DNA of 32,000 nucleotides from Geobacter metallireducens GS-15 (GTDB lineage: Bacteria; Desulfobacterota; Desulfuromonadia; Geobacterales; Geobacteraceae). Of the stretch, positions 17,417 to 23,855 are shown piece after piece (position 1 is the first letter of the stretch; each line of letters begins with the position of its first letter). The position numbers and the translations under genes were made by a program. The stretch lies in the NCBI RefSeq assembly GCF_000012925.1, contig NC_007517.1:2730001-2762000 (forward strand). The letters are read 5' to 3'. Under the pieces are notes generated by a model. The model searched no databases, was not told the DNA's origin, and saw nothing but the letters and a program-made list of their open reading frames with translations.

Positions 17417-19525
17417 TCAACGGGCCATCTGCTCCAGTTCCACATCGCGCACCAGTTGGGGAATATCGAGGATGAGGGCCACTGAGCCGTCACCCAGAAT
17501 GGTGGCACCCGAGAGACCTTGGACGTCCCTGTACATCTTCCCCAACGACTTGATCACCGTCTGATGCTCGCCGATGACGTGGTCCACCACAAAGCCGACC
17601 CTCGTTCCCCCCACCCGGGTGATGACGATCTGCTCGATCTCCGGCTGCTCACCCCGGATGAGGAACCGCTCCCGCAAGGGGATGTAGGGGACAATCTGGT
17701 CCCGGACCGTGGCCAGGTTGCGGCCGTGGGCGTTGCGCACATCTTCCCGGGTCAGTTCCACGCACTCCTCCACGACGGAGAGGGGGAGCACGAAGCAGTC
17801 GGAGCCGATCTTCACGAGGAGGCTCTCGATGATGGCAAGGGTTAGCGGCAGCTTGATGGTGATGACGGTCCCCGTCCCCCGCTCGCTCCGGATGTCGATG
17901 GTTCCCCGCAGGGCGTCGATGGCCCGCTTCACCACGTCCATGCCGACCCCGCGCCCCGAGACGCTCGTGACGGTCGTGGCGGTGGAGAAGCCGGGGGCGA
18001 AGATGAGGCTGAAGATCTCCTTGTCGGAGAGTTCGGCCGTGGCCGGGATGAGTCCCCGCTCGACCCCCTTGGCCCGGATCGCCTCCCGGTCGAGTCCCTT
18101 GCCGTCGTCGGTGATGGTGATGAGGACGCTGTCCCCCGAGTGTACTGCGGCCAGGTGCACGGTCCCCTGGGGAGGCTTGCCGGCGGCGGCCCGCTCCTCG
18201 GGGCGCTCGATGCCGTGGTCGATGGAGTTGCGGATGAGATGGACCAGGGGATCGTTCAGCTTCTCGATGACCGTCTTGTCCAGCTCGGTCTCGGCGCCGT
18301 CGGTGGTCATCTCGATATCCTTGCCCAGCTCCACCGACAGATCCCGCACCAGTCGCTTGAACTTGCTGAAGGTGGTGCCGATGGGGAGCATCCGGATGTT
18401 GAGGGCCGTGTCGCGCAACTCGTTGGTGAGCCGCTCCACCTCCTCGGCAATGGTAACCAGCAGGGCATCGGCCCGGCCGGCGGCGGTCTGGGAAAGACGG
18501 GCCTGGACGGTGACGAGTTCTCCCACCAGGTTCACCAGCAGGTCGAGCTTTTCCGCCGGTACCCGGATGCTCGACGCGCTCTCCTGGACCTGGCGCTCCT
18601 TGCGGACCTCCTTCACGTGCTGCTGCTCGATGAGGGCCGACTCAACCTTCTCGGGGGAAACGATTCCCTGCTCGACGAGGAGTTCGCCGAAGCGCTTCTG
18701 TTTGGCGAGAATCGCCTCCATGTCCTGCCGGGTCAGATCACCCCGTTCCGCGAGAATAAAGCCGAGCTTCTTGTAATCGGCGTCAACGTCGAGGATACCG
18801 CCGTCGTCGATGACATCGATTTTCAGCTCGCAGTCGTCCTCGATAAAAATGAAGACGTCCCGAATGGCGTCAATCCCCCGGTTCGTAGTCAAAATCACGT
18901 CCCAGAAGACGTGGCAGTGTTCAGGATCAATCTCCTCCAACCGGGGCACTTTTGCCATCTGGGCAACGGTTCGGCAGTGGCCCAACTGGCGGAGTTCCGC
19001 CAGAAGGAGCAGCGGGTTGGTACCGTTGACGGTCACCTCAGGGGAAGGAACAAAGCGGATGCGGTAGGTGACCGCTGTTTCACCCCTCTTCGATTCCTGG
19101 GCGCCTCCTCCCACGGGTGTTTCTTTGGCGGATGCGCCATCCGGCTCCGCCGGCACAAGCCGCCGGAGCCCGGCGATGACCTCCTCTGCCTGGCGCCCTT
19201 CCACCGGTTCTGCCCCGCCGTCCGAGGCGTCCAGCATCCCCTTAATGAGGTCCCGAGCCTTGAGGGTGAGGTTGACCAGGTCCCTCGTGACCGTCATCCG
19301 GCCGTTGCGGACCATGTCGAAGACGGTTTCCACCTCGTGGGTGAAGGTGGCAATGTCGTCGAAGCCGAACATGGCCCCGGACCCCTTGATGGTGTGCATG
19401 GCACGAAAGACCCGGCTGATGAGGTCCATGTCCTCGGGAGTTTCCTCCAGCTCCAGGAGCGATGTCTCCAGCTCCGCCAGGAGCTCGTAGGCCTCTTCCT
19501 TGTATGCCTGCCTGTGGGCGTCCAT
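17417..19525 (-). CDS. cheA: Chemotaxis histidine kinase CheA
   Basis: 702 aa with these elements:
- P1 HPt (MHTIKGSGAMFG)
- P2-like region
- an inserted pair of LGxxLxxxG...Q motifs at aa 253-301
- P3/P4 (HLIRNSIDHGIE, DDGKGLD, GRGVGMDVV)
- P5 CheW-like C-terminus
The ATG overlaps the cheY stop (TAATG at 19523-19527). Confidence 0.95.
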   Translation of the reverse strand: MDAHRQAYKEEAYELLAELETSLLELEETPEDMDLISRVFRAMHTIKGSGAMFGFDDIATFTHEVETVFDMVRNGRMTVTRDLVNLTLKARDLIKGMLDASDGGAEPVEGRQAEEVIAGLRRLVPAEPDGASAKETPVGGGAQESKRGETAVTYRIRFVPSPEVTVNGTNPLLLLAELRQLGHCRTVAQMAKVPRLEEIDPEHCHVFWDVILTTNRGIDAIRDVFIFIEDDCELKIDVIDDGGILDVDADYKKLGFILAERGDLTRQDMEAILAKQKRFGELLVEQGIVSPEKVESALIEQQHVKEVRKERQVQESASSIRVPAEKLDLLVNLVGELVTVQARLSQTAAGRADALLVTIAEEVERLTNELRDTALNIRMLPIGTTFSKFKRLVRDLSVELGKDIEMTTDGAETELDKTVIEKLNDPLVHLIRNSIDHGIERPEERAAAGKPPQGTVHLAAVHSGDSVLITITDDGKGLDREAIRAKGVERGLIPATAELSDKEIFSLIFAPGFSTATTVTSVSGRGVGMDVVKRAIDALRGTIDIRSERGTGTVITIKLPLTLAIIESLLVKIGSDCFVLPLSVVEECVELTREDVRNAHGRNLATVRDQIVPYIPLRERFLIRGEQPEIEQIVITRVGGTRVGFVVDHVIGEHQTVIKSLGKMYRDVQGLSGATILGDGSVALILDIPQLVRDVELEQMAR

Positions 19526-19890
19526 TAGCCGAGCACCTTTTTGACCACCGCCACGAGCTGCTCGGGCTTGAAGGGTTTGACAATCCAGCCGGTGGCCCCT
19601 GCGGCTTTTCCTTCGGCCTTTTTCGCATCCTGGCTTTCAGTGGTGAGCATGATGATCGGGGTGAAGCGGTAGGCGGGAAGCCCCCGGACCCCCTTGATGA
19701 GGCCGATGCCGTCCAGGTTCGGCATGTTCAGGTCGGTGATCACCATGTCGACCTTCGCCCCCCCCAGTTTCCCCAGGGCGTCCTTGCCGTCCACCGCCTC
19801 CACCACGTCGTAGCCGTTCTGCTTGAGGGTGAAGGCTACCATCTGGCGCACGCTGGCGGAATCGTCAACCGTCATGATTGTCTTGGCCAT
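19525..19890 (-). CDS. cheY: Chemotaxis response regulator CheY
   Basis: The track ORF runs to 19911. The ATG at 19890 (MAKTIMTVDDSASVRQ...) has GGAGGA 8 nt upstream. It is a single receiver domain (DD, D in ITDLNMP, T in LTTE, K in VKP). The start overlaps the STAS stop as TAATG. Confidence 0.9.
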   Translation of the reverse strand: MAKTIMTVDDSASVRQMVAFTLKQNGYDVVEAVDGKDALGKLGGAKVDMVITDLNMPNLDGIGLIKGVRGLPAYRFTPIIMLTTESQDAKKAEGKAAGATGWIVKPFKPEQLVAVVKKVLG

Positions 19891-20252
19891 TACTCGTATC
19901 CTCCAATCCATATACAGGATTTTCCCACATCAACGGCGCATCCCACGTGGCGCCGAAAACCGGCGAGGCATGCCGCCTCTTCCAGTATGGGATTCGTCAG
20001 TCCTTCGACAGCAAGCTCCTTCTCCCTGCCATAGGCCGACCGGTGGGCGGAGCAGAGAAGCTGCAAACCGGTGATGTCCACGGCGCTCACCCCTTCCAGG
20101 TTGACAAGCACCCGTCCCGCCCCGTCGAAGGCGTCAAGGAGCGCCGTCGAGAACTCTCCGGCGAAGGGAATGGTCAGCTCGCCATTCACCTTGAGGACAA
20201 GGGTCGCGTTTTCCCCTCCAACTTCTTCCCGTGTAATTGTCAGTCCGTCCAT
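19890..20252 (-). CDS. STAS-domain protein (anti-sigma-factor-antagonist fold)
   Basis: The track ORF runs to 20396. The ATG at 20252 (MDGLTITREEVGGENATLVLKVNGELT...) has AAGGAG 6 nt upstream. The STAS pattern is present: a beta-strand-rich N-terminus, then VNLEGVSAVDITGLQLL, where SpoIIAA-type proteins have DSSG. Confidence 0.8.
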   Translation of the reverse strand: MDGLTITREEVGGENATLVLKVNGELTIPFAGEFSTALLDAFDGAGRVLVNLEGVSAVDITGLQLLCSAHRSAYGREKELAVEGLTNPILEEAACLAGFRRHVGCAVDVGKSCIWIGGYE

Positions 20253-20301
20253 TCTAGTCTCCTTGCACTGTTCCCGACTTTGCCGGTCCCCGGTCCCAGC
20301 C

Positions 20302-22179
20302 TCAAAACAACTCCACATTGTCGCCAAGCCCGTCGTCGGCGGCCCCGCCCGCGGCCGCGGCAAATAGATCCGGCGTCGGCTCGACCCTGGCGCCATTCCC
20401 GGCGATCATGGCATCATGAACCCTCCGTTCGCTGTGCATCGTATACCGGTCGGCCAGCTCCCGCAGCCGCAGCTCTTTGGCATGGGCAGCCGTAGCGGGC
20501 GCAAAGGGGCGGACAGCACCCACGACCCCAGTGATCTCGGCCAGCACCTCATCGATGAGCGCGGTCGAAGTTTCGTGGACGGTCATCACGCCAGTGGCCT
20601 GGTCGATGTCGCGGGAAAGGGCCTGGACGGCCGCGTCGATCCGGCCGAGGAGGTCGATGAGCCGCTCGTTGACGCCGCGGACCGAACCGACGAGGTTGCG
20701 GATTTCGCCGATGAATCCGTCAACCTCTTCGGCAATGAGACGGACGTCGGTGTCGACTTCATGGCTCAGGCCCCCGGTCACTTCAGTGACGTTTCTGAGG
20801 GTATCGGAGACAGCGCCGGTCCGGGTCCGGGCCTCCACCGACAGGTGCTGGATCGCCTCGGCGAGAACGCCCAGGGCTGCCCCGCCATCGCCGGTATTGG
20901 CGGCCTTCACCTGGGAATTGAGGGCGATGAGCTCGATCTCGGAGCCGATCTCCTCGATGGTGGTGACGAAGCCTGCGATGTCCTGCACCGATGCCATTAC
21001 GGTCTCCATGGCCGATGCCAGGTTCCGGTTGGCCGCGGCGTTGTCGGAGAGGACCTCCGTCACCCGCCCCATGCCGTTCTCCATGTCGGCAAAGAATGAA
21101 CTGCCGGCCCGGTCGGCGGTTCCGGCCATGTGGCGGGTTTCGTCCGACAGGCGGGTCTGCCGGCAAGCGATGGCCCGCAGGTTCTCCACGATCCGCGCCA
21201 CGGCCGATGAAAGTTCCTCGCGGGCGTGGCGCAACTGGGCCTCCTGGAGCTCGCAGACATCGGCCACCTCGCAGGCGTTCTTCACCGGATCGCCGGCCTG
21301 GTCCGTAAGATTCGGGATCAGATCGTCAAGGGCCTCCTTGACATGCTCGATCTGCTGCCGGGTAATGTCGTGGAACTGGAGCGACGTGACCACCTCGGCG
21401 ATGCTCCCGGCGGTTTCGGCCGAGGATGAGGTCACGACGCCGACCGCTTCGGAGCAGCGGCCATGGATCTCGGTCAGGGTGACGAGGCTCTCGCGGGTTT
21501 TGTCGAGGATATGGCGGACGTTTTTCCGCTGCTCGACCTCCGACGCGGTTACCCGGGCAAGGGTTCCGCCGATCATGGATGAAAGGGTCTCCTTCTCGCC
21601 GAGGATGGCAACGGACTTTTCCTTGATGGAGACCGAAAGCCGCTCCACGTCGTCGGCCAGGGTATTGAACCCCGCGGCCCCCTCCCCGAGCCGGGCGCTT
21701 TCAATCTTGACGGAGGTGCTTATCATGTGGAGGTTCTTGATTATTTTCCGGAACCCGTCCAGGGGCTCGTCGACATTGCTGATGTGGGAAAGTATCGTCT
21801 TGAGGGTGGTGGCGCTCTGGTCGCTTTCTGCCTCGGCGCGGGAGAGGTAGTCGGCAATCCGGTCGACAATGCCGTGGAGCGCCGCCATGTCGCGGCTGAT
21901 TTCGTCGCCCAGGATCAGGTCCGCCACCTGGCGTGACATCTCCTCGATCTCCCCGGCCCGGCCGTAGAAGTCGTGGAGACGGGCGCCGATGGCGAGAAAC
22001 TCCTCTTCGGTGGAGCCGTTGAGAAGGGAAAGCCGGCCTCCGATGCCCAGGAGCTGCTGGTGCCACGGCTCGAACTGTGCGGAGAGAGCCTGGTTTGCCG
22101 ACAGGGGAGATGAAGCGTCAATCGCTGCTTCGGACTGGTCCGGGTCTGGCCTGAACCTGCGAAAGAATGCTAATGTCAC
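20302..22179 (-). CDS. Soluble, atypical chemoreceptor-like protein with two signalling-tip-like motifs
   Basis: The track ORF starts at a TTG at 22218. The GTG at 22179 has AAGGTGG 6 nt upstream. I see no TM segment. There are two MCP-tip-like segments: ISTSVKIESARLGEGAAGFNTLADDVERLS and IELIALNSQVKAANTGDGGAALGVLAEAIQHLS. These compare with [31 protein letters not shown] in the neighbouring MCPs. The protein ends in DNVELF. Confidence 0.8.
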   Translation of the reverse strand: MTLAFFRRFRPDPDQSEAAIDASSPLSANQALSAQFEPWHQQLLGIGGRLSLLNGSTEEEFLAIGARLHDFYGRAGEIEEMSRQVADLILGDEISRDMAALHGIVDRIADYLSRAEAESDQSATTLKTILSHISNVDEPLDGFRKIIKNLHMISTSVKIESARLGEGAAGFNTLADDVERLSVSIKEKSVAILGEKETLSSMIGGTLARVTASEVEQRKNVRHILDKTRESLVTLTEIHGRCSEAVGVVTSSSAETAGSIAEVVTSLQFHDITRQQIEHVKEALDDLIPNLTDQAGDPVKNACEVADVCELQEAQLRHAREELSSAVARIVENLRAIACRQTRLSDETRHMAGTADRAGSSFFADMENGMGRVTEVLSDNAAANRNLASAMETVMASVQDIAGFVTTIEEIGSEIELIALNSQVKAANTGDGGAALGVLAEAIQHLSVEARTRTGAVSDTLRNVTEVTGGLSHEVDTDVRLIAEEVDGFIGEIRNLVGSVRGVNERLIDLLGRIDAAVQALSRDIDQATGVMTVHETSTALIDEVLAEITGVVGAVRPFAPATAAHAKELRLRELADRYTMHSERRVHDAMIAGNGARVEPTPDLFAAAAGGAADDGLGDNVELF

Positions 22180-22264
22180 GGAAGACCACCTTTGCTCTGG
22201 GAAAAACAGCCGGCGCAACCGGAATCGGCTTTGCTAACTGTACGGAATCGCTATCTGTTCATAC

Positions 22265-22290
22265 TATCGTCAGAGAACTGGATATCTTTA
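22265..22290 (-). promoter_or_regulatory. Sigma-28-like promoter in front of the soluble receptor-STAS-cheY-cheA genes
   Basis: The minus strand reads TAAAGATA-N11-GACGATAG (6/8 and 6/8, exact spacing). It lies in the 115-155 nt gap between the receiver gene and the receptor-like gene. Confidence 0.4.
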
Positions 22291-22306
22291 ACAAAAGCTT
22301 ATGGTA

Positions 22307-22324
22307 TCAGGAAATTCCTGATCT
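22307..22324. promoter_or_regulatory. Palindromic motif TCAGGAA-ATT-CCTGATCT (copy 2)
   Basis: It is identical to 5101..5118 except for the central 3 nt. Here ATCAGGAA / TTCCTGAT forms a perfect 8+8 inverted repeat. It lies 16 nt upstream of the -35 of the 22265..22290 promoter and 10 nt after the receiver gene stop. Confidence 0.35.
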
Positions 22325-22333
22325 CGCCGCCGG

Positions 22334-22729
22334 CTATACGAGACCGTGGCTTCGAATCTCCTTCAACAGCTTCTGCCTGGTGATGGGCTTCACCAGATAC
22401 GAGGTTGCCCCGCCCCGATACAAGGCATCAACGACGTTCTTCGGGTCATCGAGGGCTGTGGTCATGATGACCCTCACCTCATTGGCGCATGCGATTCCCA
22501 TTTCCCGCTCAAGTTCCCTCATGCGTTCCAGGGCGCCGTGGCCATCCAGGTTGGGCATCATGATATCCATGCAGACCAGGTCATAGGGGCGCTTTTCCTC
22601 ATGGGCAAGCCGAAAGGCCTTCACGGCTTCCTCACCGTCGATGGCGATATCGCACTCGCCCAAGGGGGTGATCAGCTCCTTCATGATTTTGCGGGATACG
22701 AAATCATCCTCGACAATCAGCGTCTTCAT
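22334..22729 (-). CDS. Stand-alone CheY-like receiver protein
   Basis: The track ORF runs to 22750. The ATG at 22729 (MKTLIVEDDFVSRK...) has AAGGAG 5 nt upstream. It is a single receiver domain (EDD, CMDIMMPNLDG, TT, VKP). Confidence 0.9.
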   Translation of the reverse strand: MKTLIVEDDFVSRKIMKELITPLGECDIAIDGEEAVKAFRLAHEEKRPYDLVCMDIMMPNLDGHGALERMRELEREMGIACANEVRVIMTTALDDPKNVVDALYRGGATSYLVKPITRQKLLKEIRSHGLV

Positions 22730-22765
22730 TCCTGCTCCTTTCACGCACAAGTTACCCAGAATTCC

Positions 22766-22792
22766 TTATCGGCCGATTGGACGGATAGTTGA
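22766..22792 (-). promoter_or_regulatory. Sigma-28-like promoter for the stand-alone receiver gene
   Basis: The minus strand reads TCAACTAT-N11-GCCGATAA. The -10 is a perfect 8/8 and the -35 is only 5/8, with exact spacing. It lies about 37 nt upstream of the ATG. Confidence 0.45.
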
Positions 22793-22823
22793 GAGGAAAT
22801 AAGCACCTCCCATTTTCAAACGC

Positions 22824-22852
22824 AAAAACGCCACGGTTTCCCGTGGCGTTTT
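22824..22852. terminator. Hairpin terminator downstream of the cytochrome P460-like gene
   Basis: The sequence is AAAAA-CGCCACGG-tttc-CCGTGGCG-TTTT: an 8-bp stem with a tetraloop and a T-run on either strand, about 36 nt after the stop at 22888. Confidence 0.75.
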
Positions 22853-22887
22853 GCATGTTCTCAAGCAGGATAGCTGCGTGAAGATCT

Positions 22888-23361
22888 CTATTTTTTGAAG
22901 TCGGCGTACCGGGAGATGACGAAATCCCTCTCCTTGGCCTCCTTCTGGTGGCATTCGAAGCAGTTTTTCACCGGGTCGATTCCCGAGGGTTTCCCCTCCG
23001 GCGTAAAGCCGGCGAAGAGCCAGCCTCCGGTGGCGGACTGCTTCTTGTCTTTCGTCATGAGGACGACCATGCTCTTCTTCCCCTTGACCGGCTTTCCCCC
23101 CTCGTTCCTGATGGTGTACTGCACCACCACGAAACGGCTCCCCTCCGGGTACGGCCCCCCCTTCTTGTAGGCGGGCATCGTCTTCTTGTCCACATAGATG
23201 TTGTGGATGCCGTAGAAAAGGGAGGTCTTGTCGTTAATCACCTTCTCCGAGCTCTTTCCCCACTTTTCGTATCCCTTGGGGAGCGCCACCTTCTCTGCTG
23301 CAAAAGCGGCCGAAGCAGCCAGAATGGCTGCAACCGCCGTTACGCCTGCCAATCTTCTCAT
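22888..23361 (-). CDS. Cytochrome P460-family-like periplasmic monoheme protein
   Basis: I prefer the ATG at 23361 (MRRLAGVTAVAAILAASAAFAAEKV, a signal-peptide-like N-terminus; GGGAGGAG 7 nt upstream). The track ORF reaches 23520, where an ATG also has AAGGAGG 7 nt upstream. A single CFECH motif sits near the C-terminus, preceded by GGWLFAGF, as I recall for the P460 family. Confidence 0.7.
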   Translation of the reverse strand: MRRLAGVTAVAAILAASAAFAAEKVALPKGYEKWGKSSEKVINDKTSLFYGIHNIYVDKKTMPAYKKGGPYPEGSRFVVVQYTIRNEGGKPVKGKKSMVVLMTKDKKQSATGGWLFAGFTPEGKPSGIDPVKNCFECHQKEAKERDFVISRYADFKK

Positions 23362-23602
23362 CGATTTACTCCTCCCGTGCTCAATCTCATCTGCCATCCC
23401 TTCGTGGCGGCGGAATGTTCGATCATTTTCACCCATCTCCCCGCAGGCGTCAAGAACAACGGAGGCGTGTATTTGACTACAATTGAGTCTTGACGGTTTC
23501 TTGATGTCTTTCAGCGGCATATTGAGACCTCCTTTATGCGGGATGGGCTACTCTAACATCAGGTGAAAAGCTTTCGGGCTCACGTGGAGGAAGGTAATTT
23601 CC

Positions 23603-23824
23603 ATGAAGATCTATCGCTTTGATACTGATACCGGCGTTTACCTTGGAGAAGATTTCACCGATGACCACGGAAGGGGAGTAACGATCCTGCCGTCAGACTC
23701 TACAACCATCGCGCCGCCACAGGTTGAACAGGGGAATACACTCTATTTCAACGAACGCGAACAACGGTGGGAAGTCCGCACCCGGCCTACCCCCTTTCGC
23801 CGACGTGATCAACAGGTACAATAA
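23603..23824 (+). CDS. Small hypothetical protein (73 aa), possibly a remnant of a phage tail-fibre-assembly-like protein
   Basis: GGAGGAAGG lies upstream of the ATG. The sequence [16 protein letters not shown]...[16 protein letters not shown]...W resembles the N-terminal pattern I associate with tail fibre assembly chaperones. By eye its GC content is lower than that of its neighbours. Confidence 0.4.
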   Translation: MKIYRFDTDTGVYLGEDFTDDHGRGVTILPSDSTTIAPPQVEQGNTLYFNEREQRWEVRTRPTPFRRRDQQVQ

Positions 23825-23855
23825 GTACGTTGGCATCCGAAACGGAGACCAAATC

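Noticed and set aside
19891-20396. Longer versions of the STAS (to 20396), cheY (to 19911), receiver (to 22750) and cheW (to 5035) ORFs
   Set aside because: The extensions lack Shine-Dalgarno sequences, and the STAS extension overlaps the end of the upstream gene. In every case an internal ATG with a strong AGGAGG-type site yields the canonical domain N-terminus.
18140-21850. Plus-strand ORFs of 462 aa (18140..19528) and 457 aa (20477..21850), plus 17709..18776
   Set aside because: They are antisense to cheA and the soluble receptor gene. They have no motifs and an Arg/Ser/Pro/Gly-rich composition. The minus-strand genes are well supported.
23724-23855. Upstream extension of the kdpA ORF, and a search for a kdpF-like small hydrophobic ORF
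   Set aside because: The extension ([17 protein letters not shown]...) is not membrane-like, starts at a non-ATG codon and overlaps the small ORF 23603..23824. The ATG at 23856 gives the typical KdpA N-terminus. No short hydrophobic ORF resembling KdpF is present between 23760 and 23856.
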